From Candidatus Melainabacteria bacterium RIFCSPHIGHO2_02_FULL_34_12 (GTDB lineage Bacteria; Cyanobacteriota; Vampirovibrionia; 2-02-FULL-35-15), in assembly GCA_001784555.1 (NCBI GenBank), contig MFRM01000003.1, forward strand, positions 65,606 through 129,605: 64,000 nucleotides of DNA, in the 5' to 3' direction. A program made the translations under genes and the position numbers. Positions 45,265 to 56,420 of the stretch are shown piece by piece; the stretch's first letter is position 1, and each line of letters opens with the position of its first letter. The notes beneath the pieces were generated by a model. The model did no database searches and was not told where the DNA came from. It was given only the letters and a program-made list of their open reading frames with translations.

Positions 45265-46596
45265 CTACCAATAGAATCCACCTTTTATAGTAAGAAGAGT
45301 ATAAATATTAAATATTACTCCAGCAATATATACACCATAAATTATTTCCTTATATTTATCTTTCGTAATCGTTATAGAATTTAACTGAAGTAAAGCCCAG
45401 CAGACCCATAACCAAGCATAATATCTAAAATCATACAGTCCCTTTTGGGGTAAATCAGCAGCAAAAGGTAATAATGTACCTAGCTGAATTACCATTGCAG
45501 TTAATATTATTAACATTGCTGGTATATTAATTTTTGATTTAAATGCCATAAGTAAGCTATAAACATATACAAATAAATGAAGAATAAATAGAATCCATAT
45601 GATTCGGACTGATGGTGAGGTTAGAACAAATTCACCAATTACTGATGTAACAAACATAAGACCTAAATAATCATACCTTTTGGTTTCTCTGGGCGGAATC
45701 AGGTCCCATTGAATTAAAGCCCAAGGTTTATCCCATTCATGAGAAAAATCAAACTTGTGGTCAAGAAGATTGTTATCCCTGAGTATAATTCCCAAAAGAT
45801 TTTTAAAATTAGTTTTACTTAAAGGCTTAGCAATATCTCTTTCAAGAGATGTGGGAAAAAATCTTTGACAATTTTTATAATTTCTGTAATACAACCAAGG
45901 AGAAAAAGCAATAATTGAACATAAAAATGGGAGGAGGAAATATTTATTTTCTAACCTGAAATTGTTTCCGGGGGGAATTCTCTTCACAGCAATCAGCAAA
46001 TATGTCACTATAAAAGGAATGATGAATAATATCGAAGTCCCTTTTGTGTATAAAGCAGCTGTAATAAACATAAATAAAATAATTGCCTTGCGAACAGAAA
46101 AATTTATATAGAGAAAATAACTTAAGGTTGTAACTGTGATCCAAAGAAAAGTATTTAATGAATCATTATTATAAGTAGAAAATACAAAAGCAAATTTAGG
46201 AGTGGTTTCAATAAAAAGAAGAGAGACTAGTTTTGCATACTGGTTTTTTGATACAGCATTTAAAAATATTCCAATTACAAGAAGAGAAAGGGCACCAAAG
46301 AAAATCGAAAGATATCTAACTGCATTTATATGATCTTCCGATTTATTATGAATAAGAGCAGGCTTAACAAAACTGCAAATAAGATAATATAAAGGTGGCT
46401 GAATGGTTTGTCCACCTAGTACAGGTTGTTCATAAGGTTTGGGTAATTTTTTATTTCCAACTATATATTGTGTATAAAATACATGTCCCCACATGTCATG
46501 GGTTCTGTGATCAAATGGAGTTCGCAAAATATAAAAATACGCTATAAACAGCCAAACAGAAACACAAATTACTAATATTTCCTTGTTTGTAATCAT
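45265..46596 (-). CDS. polytopic membrane protein, GT-C (ArnT/PMT-like) glycosyltransferase candidate
   Basis: HD.WGH..Y, QPPLYY, NNDSL; many TM segments. Confidence 0.65.
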   Translation of the reverse strand: MITNKEILVICVSVWLFIAYFYILRTPFDHRTHDMWGHVFYTQYIVGNKKLPKPYEQPVLGGQTIQPPLYYLICSFVKPALIHNKSEDHINAVRYLSIFFGALSLLVIGIFLNAVSKNQYAKLVSLLFIETTPKFAFVFSTYNNDSLNTFLWITVTTLSYFLYINFSVRKAIILFMFITAALYTKGTSILFIIPFIVTYLLIAVKRIPPGNNFRLENKYFLLPFLCSIIAFSPWLYYRNYKNCQRFFPTSLERDIAKPLSKTNFKNLLGIILRDNNLLDHKFDFSHEWDKPWALIQWDLIPPRETKRYDYLGLMFVTSVIGEFVLTSPSVRIIWILFILHLFVYVYSLLMAFKSKINIPAMLIILTAMVIQLGTLLPFAADLPQKGLYDFRYYAWLWVCWALLQLNSITITKDKYKEIIYGVYIAGVIFNIYTLLTIKGGFYW

Positions 46597-46736
46597 AAAT
46601 GTTACGAAGATTTCTTTTAATAATACAGCACCTATTTATCTCAAGAGATATTCAATAAAGAACTGTTTAGCTGACTAATTGCAACTGTAATTTATACACT
46701 GGCCTTATAAACAATATCCATTTATAATAATTCTCA

Positions 46737-48695
46737 ATGATAAAGCCTTTATTCAAAGCAGAAAATTTAAAAAAAATTGACTGGCAAGTCTTCTGGATTT
46801 TATTACTTGCTGTTTTTTTCCGTTTTTTTCTTATTGATTTAAGACCTCCTCATCATGATGAAGGAGTATTTGGTTTTTTTGTAGATCAAATCACTGCAAA
46901 TGGATTTTATCGTTATGATCCGACAAACTACCACGGTCCTTTTCATTATTATGTTTTGTTTCTTTTTGAGTCACTTTTTGGAAAAAATAATTTTGGTCAA
47001 AGACTTCCAGATGCAATTATTGGTTTGATAACAGTTTATTGGATAATAAAGTTTTCCAGATTTATTGATAGAAGAACTTGTTTAATTGCTGCCTTAGCAA
47101 TGGCAGTATCACCTGGAATTGTTTACTATGGAAATTACGCATTTCAGGAATCATTTCTTGTGTTTTACTGCATTCTAATTCTTTGGGGAATTATAGGTCT
47201 GTGGCATGAAGGAACTAAAAAATACCTATGGTCTCTTGGACTTGGCATAATATTTATGATTCTTACGAAAGAAACATATTTTATTAATGTAGGGTGTTTT
47301 ATTATTGCATGGTTTGTTTTAAAGTATTGGGAAAAAATTTACCCTTCCGAACAAACATCACCTGCTATACAAAGCTGGACAGAAAAAGATTTAATTTATA
47401 TTGTTGCATGCGGAGTTGGCTTAATAATTTTCTTTTATAGCGGCACTTTTCATAATATGAGCGGCTTGCATGGGTTAATTGAAACATATCAAGCATATTT
47501 CAAATCCGGGGTTAAAGGAAGCGGACATGATAAACCTTTTCAATATTGGGTAATTCTTTTTACAAGATATGAATACATAGCTTCACTTGGAGTAATTTCT
47601 TGCCTGAAATATCTTAAACCTTCAAACAAATGGATTAGATATATAAGCATTTATGGGGTTGGTGTATTTTTAGCATATAGCATAATTCCATACAAAACTC
47701 CCTGGTGTATTGTTAATTTACTATGGCCATTTTTCTTTGTCTTTGGTGATATTAGTAATCAATTCTTAAAATCAAAATGGAAATTAGAAACTAAAATTGT
47801 TATTTCAATTCTATTGCTCATTACAGCATTTATTACATCGAGGTTGAGATTTTTTAATCATTCAAACCCAAAAGAATCCTATGTTTATGTACAAACTCTT
47901 GAAGAAATAAAAAAAATTACTGATCCTGTATTAAAGATTGCTCAAAAAAATTCTGCTAATTATGAAATAACTGGAAACGTTTTAAGAAGCGATGAATGGC
48001 CCTTGCCATGGATTTGGGGAGAATTTACAATGGTCGGCTATTATGGTTCTAAAAGTTCTCCTTCAATGTATGATACTGATTTTCTAGTCGTAGAAACAGG
48101 GCGAATAAATGAAGTAGAAAGTAATTTACAAAATAAATATTTTACTAATACAGCTTCTATCAGAAATGCACAGGATCCCTCAAAGCTTTATTTAAGCTAT
48201 GAAAAATTTAAAGATCTTTATCCAAATCGTTCTCCGGAATTTGTTCCAAAACCACCGAAGCCAAAAATTCCCGGACAAGGAATAGCTGTTCTGATTTATC
48301 CAAATACCCACTGGCATGGAAACCCTTCTTTCAAAAAGAGATTTGATAATATTAACCTGAACTTCACTGAACAAAATGCTCCTTCAAAACCACCTTTTAG
48401 TCTGGAATTTGTAGGGGAAATTAATATCCCGCGTAACATTACTACTCTGATATTAGCAAGTGATGACGGGGGCTTTATAGAGTTGGATGGAAAAAGAATA
48501 ATTGAAGACTTTGGTTCACATGGTGAACAATATAAATCAGCTACTATAACTGGGTTATATGGTTGGAGAAAAATAAAAGTTGCCACTTATAATATCTGGG
48601 GAAGTTCTGTTTCAAGATTACTTTGGGGAAGTAAAGATGGAAATAATATTGTTCCTGAAGAAGCATTAAAATTCGATGAAAGGTTATTAAAATAA
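46737..48695 (+). CDS. GT-C (PMT_2-like) membrane protein with a C-terminal PA14-like domain
   Basis: RPPHHDEG, YDPTNYHGP, TKET, PYKTPW; C-terminal ASDDGG.IELDG. Confidence 0.72.
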   Translation: MIKPLFKAENLKKIDWQVFWILLLAVFFRFFLIDLRPPHHDEGVFGFFVDQITANGFYRYDPTNYHGPFHYYVLFLFESLFGKNNFGQRLPDAIIGLITVYWIIKFSRFIDRRTCLIAALAMAVSPGIVYYGNYAFQESFLVFYCILILWGIIGLWHEGTKKYLWSLGLGIIFMILTKETYFINVGCFIIAWFVLKYWEKIYPSEQTSPAIQSWTEKDLIYIVACGVGLIIFFYSGTFHNMSGLHGLIETYQAYFKSGVKGSGHDKPFQYWVILFTRYEYIASLGVISCLKYLKPSNKWIRYISIYGVGVFLAYSIIPYKTPWCIVNLLWPFFFVFGDISNQFLKSKWKLETKIVISILLLITAFITSRLRFFNHSNPKESYVYVQTLEEIKKITDPVLKIAQKNSANYEITGNVLRSDEWPLPWIWGEFTMVGYYGSKSSPSMYDTDFLVVETGRINEVESNLQNKYFTNTASIRNAQDPSKLYLSYEKFKDLYPNRSPEFVPKPPKPKIPGQGIAVLIYPNTHWHGNPSFKKRFDNINLNFTEQNAPSKPPFSLEFVGEINIPRNITTLILASDDGGFIELDGKRIIEDFGSHGEQYKSATITGLYGWRKIKVATYNIWGSSVSRLLWGSKDGNNIVPEEALKFDERLLK

Positions 48696-50446
48696 TGAAT
48701 TGGATTGTAGCTTATACATCAGGTATTGCAGTGTCTGTTATTTCAGCGATTATTATGGCTTTTTTATTTGGTGGATTAAATAAAGTAATAGCTTCTATAA
48801 GTCTTTTAGCTGGGTTTTCTATAGGGATTTTTATTATTATAAGTTGCTCAAAACTCTCTTCAGGCATAGAAAAAAAAGAGCTGGGTTTCTGGTCATGGGT
48901 ATTAATTATAATTTTTATGATTTTTTCTTTGAGATCTTTCTTTTGGCTTATTTATAAAAAAGGCAACAGTTTAATGGCTTTAAATCCGAGTAATCTGGGT
49001 GACATACCAATGCATATTCTTTACATAAAATATCTTGCAAATGGTACACCGTTTTGGCCTGATAATCCTATATTAACCGGTGAAACGATTGGGTATCATT
49101 TTGGCATTGATTTATTTAACAGTCTTCTAATCCTTTTAAATATGGATTTGGTTACTAGTTTTATTTGGGTTGGTATTTTAGGCTCATTAGCAAGCGGATT
49201 TATGTTACTTGTTTGGGGAAGAGCATTTGCTCTGGCTGGTGTTTTATTTAGTGGCGGTTTAGCAGGGTTTCAATTTTTTCAAACATTTACTTTAGCTGAC
49301 TATCAGATACAACTCGACTGGAAAAATATAATGCTAACAATGTTTTTAACCCAACGGCATTTATTATATGTAATTCCAGCAGGATTGCTGCTTCTGTGCA
49401 GTTGGAGGCAAAGATTCTTTAATGACAATAATAACCAAAGAACCTCAAAAACATTACTGCCGCTATGGATTGAAGTTTTACTTTATTCATCAATGCCCAT
49501 CTTTCAAATTCACACATTTATTTTCCTGTCTTTCCTTTTGCTAATTTGGTTTTTCTTTGTTCCTAATTTGAAACGAATTCAGATTATCAAGCTAGGGATA
49601 TTTTCATTTGTGCCGGCTAGTCTGCTTGTGCTTCTTTTAACTGGTTTTTTAAAAAAAGCATCGATGTTTCATTTTGATTTTGAATATTATATAAGTTTAA
49701 ATGGCTTTTTAAAATTTTGGATTTTTAATTTTGGTATATTTTGGCCTCTGGTTGCTTTTCTTTGTTTTAAACTGGTTACAGAAAATACAGACAAGGGAAT
49801 ACGTTACAATTTTAAACTGAATCATGCTATGGCTTTTGTTTATCCGGCTGTTGTTATTTTTATTATTTTTTCGTTTGTTATACTCTCAGGCTGGAAATAT
49901 GATAATGCAAAGCTTTTGATATGGCCATACATTATTTTGCTCTCTTATCTCTGGGAAATTGTTCTGTTGTCTTTATCTAAAATAAAGCGGTATATTATTT
50001 GTTTTCTTTTATTTTTTTCCGGGTTTATATCTATTATGAGCAGTTTAGATATAAGTAAGAGTGTTGAAATTGCTAAATTTCCTGATATTCATGGAGTTTG
50101 CGGAGCAGTAAAAGATATTCCATTAAAACATAGATTTGCAATCTATCCTACATATAATAATCCTTTATTCTTTTGCGGTCGAAAAGTTGTCTTAGGTTAT
50201 GGTGGTTGGCTTTGGCCACATGGTTTTTACACAGGTGAAAAAGAAGAAAAGTTAAAAAAAGTAATGCTTGGAGATAAAGATTGGCAGAAACTGGCTAAAG
50301 AACTTGGTATTCGTTATATATTTTGGGGAGAATATGAACATAAGGAATATTCACAATCTTTAAGACCTTGGGAAACTAATGCTAACAAAATTGCTTCTGG
50401 CAGTTGGGGAGAGATTTGGGATATAGGGACATTTTTTAATGATTAA
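48695..50446 (+). CDS. polytopic membrane protein, possible GT-C glycosyltransferase
   Basis: LGDIPMH, PDNPI, YHFG.D, many TMs, C-terminal GY.GWLW.HG..IRYIFWG..E. Confidence 0.6.
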   Translation: MNWIVAYTSGIAVSVISAIIMAFLFGGLNKVIASISLLAGFSIGIFIIISCSKLSSGIEKKELGFWSWVLIIIFMIFSLRSFFWLIYKKGNSLMALNPSNLGDIPMHILYIKYLANGTPFWPDNPILTGETIGYHFGIDLFNSLLILLNMDLVTSFIWVGILGSLASGFMLLVWGRAFALAGVLFSGGLAGFQFFQTFTLADYQIQLDWKNIMLTMFLTQRHLLYVIPAGLLLLCSWRQRFFNDNNNQRTSKTLLPLWIEVLLYSSMPIFQIHTFIFLSFLLLIWFFFVPNLKRIQIIKLGIFSFVPASLLVLLLTGFLKKASMFHFDFEYYISLNGFLKFWIFNFGIFWPLVAFLCFKLVTENTDKGIRYNFKLNHAMAFVYPAVVIFIIFSFVILSGWKYDNAKLLIWPYIILLSYLWEIVLLSLSKIKRYIICFLLFFSGFISIMSSLDISKSVEIAKFPDIHGVCGAVKDIPLKHRFAIYPTYNNPLFFCGRKVVLGYGGWLWPHGFYTGEKEEKLKKVMLGDKDWQKLAKELGIRYIFWGEYEHKEYSQSLRPWETNANKIASGSWGEIWDIGTFFND

Positions 50447-51371
50447 ATATTCTATAGTTATTCCGGTTTTTAATGAAGAGCCTGTAATTCAGGAATTCTA
50501 TTCACGACTAAAAAAAGTTATGGATAGTACAAATGAAAATTATGAGCTTATTTTTATAAATGACGGCAGTTACGATTCTACCGGGGAATTAGTGAAAAAC
50601 TTTGCAAAAAAAGACAGCAAAGTAAAGCTATTAAACTTCTCGCGGAATTTTGGACATCAGATTGCTATAAGTGCAGGACTAGATTATGCAAGCGGTGATG
50701 CCACAGTAATAATAGATGCAGATCTTCAGGATCCACCAGAAATAATTATAGAAATGATTAAAAAATGGAAAGAAGGATATGAAGTTGTATATGGAAAGAG
50801 AATAAAAAGAAAAGGAGAAACATTTTTTAAGAAATTTACAGCATTTGTTTTTTACAGACTTTTAAAAAATTTGACTAGTTTTGATATTCCGGTCGATACC
50901 GGTGATTTTAGATTGATTGACAAGAAAATTTGTAACATTATAAAGGGGCTTAGTGAAAAAAGTAGATATTTAAGAGGACTAATTAGCTGGATGGGCTTTA
51001 AGCAAACAAGCGTCGAATATATTAGAGATGAAAGACATGCTGGATACACTAAATATTATCTAAGAAATCTATTAAAATTAGCTCTGGATGGTATTACTTC
51101 ATTTTCATACAAACCACTAAAACTAGCTTATTACTTTGGTTTTGGCTTATCCGGATTTAGTTTTTTATATCTGCTGATTTTAATTTATCAAAAACTTTTT
51201 ATCAAAACTACAATTCCTGGTTGGTCATCTGTAATAGCTGTAATTCTTTTTTTTAACGGTATAATTTTGATCATACTTGGCATCATTGGTGAATATATAG
51301 GCAGGATTTATGAAGAAACAAAAGGAAGACCTCTTTATATTCTGAGAGATAAAGTAGGGTTTGGATCATAA
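50439..51371 (+). CDS. GT2 polyprenol-phosphate glycosyltransferase (GtrB/ArnC-like)
   Basis: IPVFNEE, DGSYD, SRNFGHQ.A, DADLQDPP, TGDFRL, two TMs, GEYIGRIYEE.K.RPLY. Confidence 0.93.
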   Translation: MIKYSIVIPVFNEEPVIQEFYSRLKKVMDSTNENYELIFINDGSYDSTGELVKNFAKKDSKVKLLNFSRNFGHQIAISAGLDYASGDATVIIDADLQDPPEIIIEMIKKWKEGYEVVYGKRIKRKGETFFKKFTAFVFYRLLKNLTSFDIPVDTGDFRLIDKKICNIIKGLSEKSRYLRGLISWMGFKQTSVEYIRDERHAGYTKYYLRNLLKLALDGITSFSYKPLKLAYYFGFGLSGFSFLYLLILIYQKLFIKTTIPGWSSVIAVILFFNGIILIILGIIGEYIGRIYEETKGRPLYILRDKVGFGS

Positions 51372-52775
51372 ATGTCAGAACAAAGCTCTAGTTTAAAATT
51401 TTATTTGATTCTTTTTATTTTTTTCCTTGGTTGTCTTACGCTCTTTATAAATTCAAATAATAAAACAGCTTATGGATTACAACCTTATGGCATAGCAGCT
51501 TTAGCAGAACATGGGAAATTCTATATTGATACTCCAGCTTTTCCAAATGTAAAAGATTATCAGTCATATACATGGGATGCATTCCCTTATAAAGATCATG
51601 TCTATCTGGCTAAACCGCCTGCACAATTTATATTTGCTGCTATTCCTTATCTTTTACTTAACAAACTAGGAATTAATTACAGAAATAACAATGATATTAT
51701 TTACGGACTTGTATCATTGCTGACATCAGGTTTAATGACTTCGTTAATGACTGTATTAATTTTCAAGATTACATTTAAAATTACACGTAAAATAAAATAT
51801 TCATTGTTAATTTCATTTTTATCTACATTTGGAACCCTGCTTCTTCCTTATTCGGGCATTGTTCATCATGATATTTTCGGAACTTTCTTCCTTATAGCTG
51901 CTTTCTATTTTCTGTTTTTTAAGGCTCAGGTAAATAAAAAATTAAATGGTTTTGCAGTACCTCTTAGTGGTTTTTCTGCCGGATTTTCAGCTTTTTGTTC
52001 TTACAATACTCCTCCTATAGTTTTGGTTTTAGTCTTATATATAATTTTAAAAAAGAACCTAAAAGATATTATTATTTTTGCAATATCCCTATGTATGGGT
52101 TTCTCTGTTACACTCTTATTTAATTACTTTATATTTGATGATTTCTTTAATTTTCCTTATGCAATTTTCCTGAAACATGCCAACATATTGAATCAGCTCA
52201 GTCTGGAAAGCTATCTTCCCACCATTCCTGAAAGGATTAAAGCATATATATTTTCTCCTATAACAGGAATCTTGTATTATTCCCCGATTTATATTCTCAG
52301 TTATATCGGTATTTTTTTATTGCCCCAAAAATATAGCATAGAAAAATTAATTCTTTCACTGCCTTTGCCTATCCTGTTTATAACACCGATCGCACTGACA
52401 CCAGGCTCTGCATATGGCTGGTGTCAGTATGGGTCAAGATATTTAATAGAAACGATTCCCTTTACTATGATTGGCTTATCATCATTTTATATAAATAAAA
52501 AAAATCATGTTATAGAAAATTTAAAAAAGAATTGGTTTCTATATGAAGTAATTATTGTAACTGGAATAATTTCTATAGTAGTTTGCTCCGTAGGTTCATT
52601 GGGAACTATTTATTGTGGTTTTACTCAAAATGCATTTCTTAGTTATCTTCCAAGGATTATCTCAGGTGATTTACCTAAATACTTTTTTATTCCCTCTGGA
52701 ATTATTCTGATTCTCCTGTCAATATTGCTTTTTAAGTATGAATATCCTCTAAAGTTCAAAAAAATATTCCCCTAA
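51372..52775 (+). CDS. polytopic membrane protein, GT-C-like
   Basis: Many TM segments; KPP, GILYYSP, GWCQYGSRYL. Confidence 0.55.
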   Translation: MSEQSSSLKFYLILFIFFLGCLTLFINSNNKTAYGLQPYGIAALAEHGKFYIDTPAFPNVKDYQSYTWDAFPYKDHVYLAKPPAQFIFAAIPYLLLNKLGINYRNNNDIIYGLVSLLTSGLMTSLMTVLIFKITFKITRKIKYSLLISFLSTFGTLLLPYSGIVHHDIFGTFFLIAAFYFLFFKAQVNKKLNGFAVPLSGFSAGFSAFCSYNTPPIVLVLVLYIILKKNLKDIIIFAISLCMGFSVTLLFNYFIFDDFFNFPYAIFLKHANILNQLSLESYLPTIPERIKAYIFSPITGILYYSPIYILSYIGIFLLPQKYSIEKLILSLPLPILFITPIALTPGSAYGWCQYGSRYLIETIPFTMIGLSSFYINKKNHVIENLKKNWFLYEVIIVTGIISIVVCSVGSLGTIYCGFTQNAFLSYLPRIISGDLPKYFFIPSGIILILLSILLFKYEYPLKFKKIFP

Positions 52776-52793
52776 GAGATAAAGTAGGATTTA

Positions 52794-54068
52794 ATGATCA
52801 TGTTTCCACAAATAATTAAAGAAATATCAGTACTAGCTTTTGCAATTGCATGCATAAAACTATTGTTTTTAATAAAAGAGGAGCTTTTACAGAATAAAAA
52901 TGATAATGATAATCACCCGGCTAATAAAGATAAAAAAACAGATGAAATATTTTGGACGATAGCATGCTGGACAATAATCTCAAGACTAGTCATATATATG
53001 ATTGCATATTTTGGTATGATGTTTTTTAAACAAAAGACAGGTGGATTTTTTGCAACATTTCCAGAATTATGGGTCAAATGGGATTCTCCACATTTTCTAA
53101 ATATAGCCAGTCACTGGTATCAAAGTACAGGAGAAGAAAGACTTTTGATAGGTTTCTTTCCTGTTTATCCATTAAGTATAAAAATACTTACATTGTTTAC
53201 ACAAAATCATCTGCTGTCCAGTATTTTAATCTCTAATATATCTTTGATTATTGCAGCATTTTATCTTTACAAGCTTGTAAGAATTGATTTTGATGAAGAT
53301 TTAGCATTTAGATCAGTGAAATATTTTTTAATTTATCCCTTTTCATTTTTTCTTGCAGCAACTTTCACTGATAGTTTATTTCTTGCATTAACTATTGCTG
53401 CTTTTTATTATTTGAGAAAGAAAAAATGGCTGTTATGTGGCATTTTAGGAGGATTTGCTTCAGGCACACGTAATTATGGTCTTATATTCTTAATTCCTGC
53501 ATTTCTTGAGTATCTTCGTGAAAGTAATATTATTATATCGATCAAAAATAAGAATGTTTTACAATTAATACAGAATATAAAAGGGGGAGGGTTTTTACTT
53601 ATTATACCTTTAGGACTTATCTCTTTACTTTATATAAATAAGGTTGTAGCAGGAGACTGGTTTAAATTCATGGAATACGCACGAACTAACTGGAATTGTA
53701 GTGTTGGATTTTTTGGAGACACAATTAAAATGCTTGCCAATAATTCTTCCACATGGAAACCAAACGAATCAATAGCACTTTGGATACCTCAACTTGTTTC
53801 AGTAATATTTATGCTAGTTTTAATTTTTTATTCTTTTAACAAAATAAAGACTTTATATATTGCATATATGATTGGGTACTTTTTATTGACTACTTCACCT
53901 ACTTGGTTACTAAGTGCATCCCGTTACACCATGGATTTATGCCCTATTTATATACTGCTTGGATTAATTTCTAGAAATAAATCATTGGATTTCTTGCTTA
54001 CTTTCATTTCAATTATGTTACTATCCTTTTACACACTTGTATTCACTTATGGTGCTTTTCTTATGTAA
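52794..54068 (+). CDS. mannosyltransferase family (PIG-V-like GT-C) membrane protein
   Basis: KWDSPHFL.IA..WY, FFPVYP, YPFSFF....TDSLFL, TRNYG, SRY. Confidence 0.75.
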   Translation: MIMFPQIIKEISVLAFAIACIKLLFLIKEELLQNKNDNDNHPANKDKKTDEIFWTIACWTIISRLVIYMIAYFGMMFFKQKTGGFFATFPELWVKWDSPHFLNIASHWYQSTGEERLLIGFFPVYPLSIKILTLFTQNHLLSSILISNISLIIAAFYLYKLVRIDFDEDLAFRSVKYFLIYPFSFFLAATFTDSLFLALTIAAFYYLRKKKWLLCGILGGFASGTRNYGLIFLIPAFLEYLRESNIIISIKNKNVLQLIQNIKGGGFLLIIPLGLISLLYINKVVAGDWFKFMEYARTNWNCSVGFFGDTIKMLANNSSTWKPNESIALWIPQLVSVIFMLVLIFYSFNKIKTLYIAYMIGYFLLTTSPTWLLSASRYTMDLCPIYILLGLISRNKSLDFLLTFISIMLLSFYTLVFTYGAFLM

Positions 54069-54092
54069 CTTATTTATTACGAATGAAAAGAA

Positions 54093-54794
54093 ATGCTTAA
54101 AAAAAAAGAGGATCTAACAGATAAAGAAATAAGAGAAGAAATACAAAAGTATTTGTACAAGAATCCTCTTACCTCTTTCTTTTCAAATTGGGGACATAAA
54201 AAGATTAAAGATATAAAGAAAGAATACTTACAGAAAACTCACAAAACCTTTATTGAAACATTAGACATATGTTGTGGATTGGGTTATAACTCTAATTATG
54301 TTCATAGCTTTGAAAGATATACAGGATTAGATCATAATGAAACTTTTATAATGGAGGCTAGAAAGTCATTCCCGAATCATGAGTTCATAAAAAAAGATAT
54401 TCTTGAAAAAGATTGGGAATTAAATAAAAAGTTTGACATAATTACTGCTGTTCAAGCTCTTGAACATTTCTCAAACAGTGATCTGGAGATTATATTTGAT
54501 AATCTTACAAAGATACTGAGAAGTGATGGGCTTTTTATTTATGTAATCCCGCTTGATTCTTCTTTTTTAATAAATCTTGGCAGAAAACTTACTACAAAGA
54601 GATACATGGACACCAAGTTTAAAAACATGAATTATATGAAATGGCTTAAAAATAATGAGCATATTAATGAGTATTCAAGCATTAAAAAAGAAGTTAAGAA
54701 AAAATTCCATGTCGTGAAGGAAATATTTTTGCCTTTTAATTTAAAAATTATTGATATAAATATATACTACATTGGTGTTTGCAAATTAAAGTGA
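54093..54794 (+). CDS. class I SAM-dependent methyltransferase
   Basis: LDICCGLG, FDII....LEHF, L..DG. Confidence 0.8.
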   Translation: MLKKKEDLTDKEIREEIQKYLYKNPLTSFFSNWGHKKIKDIKKEYLQKTHKTFIETLDICCGLGYNSNYVHSFERYTGLDHNETFIMEARKSFPNHEFIKKDILEKDWELNKKFDIITAVQALEHFSNSDLEIIFDNLTKILRSDGLFIYVIPLDSSFLINLGRKLTTKRYMDTKFKNMNYMKWLKNNEHINEYSSIKKEVKKKFHVVKEIFLPFNLKIIDINIYYIGVCKLK

Positions 54795-55513
54795 AAGAAT
54801 TAATATCATTTGTTATACCAACATTTAATGAGGCATCTCATATAATTACCTCATTAGAAAAATTGCTTGTATACATATCAAAATATAATTATGAAATAAT
54901 TTTTGTTGATGACAGCAAAGACAATACTTTTGAATTGATTGCTAAGTATATAAACGAAAAATCTTTAAAAAGTAGAATTAAAACAATCAGAGGGAAAGGA
55001 ATAGGAAAAGGTGCCGCGGTTAAAGCAGGAATACAAGAAGCTAGTGGAGAAATAATATTTTACTTAGATTCTGATTTAACAATTCCACTTAATAACATTG
55101 ATATCTTTATTGAAGAAATTAAAAGAACTAATTCTGATGGTGTAATCGGGAGAAGGATACTTTCTAAAAAAGGCAAATCTCTAATTAGGTATATATTTTC
55201 ATTGGCATTGTTGATTCTTGGCAGATCTTTCATCTTTCATTCAAATTATTTTTATGATACACAATGTGGGTTTAAAGTTTTTAAAAAGGAGTCAATAAAA
55301 AAACTGACTTCCAAGCAATGCGTAAATGATGGAATGTTTGACTTAGAGCTTCTGTATATTGCAAAATTATATAATATGCAAATCTCCCAAATTACAGTCA
55401 CACCTTTGCCTGAGATCAGAAAAAGTGTTTTACAATTAGGGAAATGTGTATGGAAAGATCCTTTGGATCTCCTGGCTATTAAAGTAAATAGACTGCTGGG
55501 CAAATACAATTGA
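54779..55513 (+). CDS. GT2 dolichyl/polyprenyl-phosphate glycosyltransferase-like protein
   Basis: IPTFNE, VDDS.D, GKGAAVKAG, DSDL, DTQCGFK, FDLELL; start may be GTG 54791. Confidence 0.88.
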   Translation: MQIKVKELISFVIPTFNEASHIITSLEKLLVYISKYNYEIIFVDDSKDNTFELIAKYINEKSLKSRIKTIRGKGIGKGAAVKAGIQEASGEIIFYLDSDLTIPLNNIDIFIEEIKRTNSDGVIGRRILSKKGKSLIRYIFSLALLILGRSFIFHSNYFYDTQCGFKVFKKESIKKLTSKQCVNDGMFDLELLYIAKLYNMQISQITVTPLPEIRKSVLQLGKCVWKDPLDLLAIKVNRLLGKYN

Positions 55514-55517
55514 TTCC

Positions 55518-56330
55518 TCAATGCTTAATAACTATACATTGACCTGTCGAAAGCCATATCGGAATTTCAATTTTACCTGAGAAAAACTTGTCAACTGCAT
55601 CCTTTGCACCTGGTGTACAAAGTAGACCATAATCATCAAAGAGCATTATTCCTCCTTTTACCATTCTGGAATAGAAGAAACTACAGCACTCAAATATTGA
55701 TGAATATAAATCAGCATCAATATGAACAAAACAAAAAAAGCTATTTTCTATTTTAGGAAGTGTTTCTGAAAATAAACCCTTGTAAATAAGAACATTAGAG
55801 CAATCTTTCAGGTATCTGCCTACTCCTTCAAAACTCGTATCAGAAATACCGCCTTGCTGAAAAATATCCTCATTCTTGTCTGATACTGGAAGTCCTTGAA
55901 AAGTATCAAATAATAAAACTCTTTTTGAGGAACCGTATTGTTCAAATAGCTTTGCCAACATTCTGGCTGATCCCCCTCTAAATACTCCTAATTCAGCAAC
56001 ATTTCCTTCCAAATTACATACACTCTTAGCAAACTGATATAACTCAAACAATTTGTTTGGATTTAATACCGTTTGATCTTTAACTTTATGGTATAGCTTG
56101 AGAAAAAATTCATCCTTATTCCAGCGATCGATTCGCCTCACGCCCATATGTGCATATTTAATTTCAAACAAAATATTTGTTAAAACTGCACTTAAAAGAC
56201 TACATGTATATTTCGGGTTAAGTGCAATGGGAGACATCCTAATAATGTCAAATGGTGATAGAGATTTAAAATTCATAAAAATCCTCGTTAACATTTTACC
56301 AAAAATGTTAATCAAACTATTGATGACCAT
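55518..56330 (-). CDS. TylF/MycF/NovP-family O-methyltransferase
   Basis: GNVAELGVFRGGS, FDTFQGLP, KGLFSETL, VHIDADLYSS, GGIMLFDDYG. Confidence 0.9.
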   Translation of the reverse strand: MVINSLINIFGKMLTRIFMNFKSLSPFDIIRMSPIALNPKYTCSLLSAVLTNILFEIKYAHMGVRRIDRWNKDEFFLKLYHKVKDQTVLNPNKLFELYQFAKSVCNLEGNVAELGVFRGGSARMLAKLFEQYGSSKRVLLFDTFQGLPVSDKNEDIFQQGGISDTSFEGVGRYLKDCSNVLIYKGLFSETLPKIENSFFCFVHIDADLYSSIFECCSFFYSRMVKGGIMLFDDYGLLCTPGAKDAVDKFFSGKIEIPIWLSTGQCIVIKH

Positions 56331-56420
56331 GAAGTTGAAAACCTATTTAAAAAATTATTCTTGAAATCGAAGCAGTCTTTTCATTTCATTCAAAAAGATA
56401 TGTTAGCATGTTGAAGAAGT

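Noticed and set aside
48411-48437. gtaggggaaattaatatcccgcgtaac as a family A copy
   Set aside because: Weak stem; it encodes ordinary PA14-like sequence (FVGEINIP).
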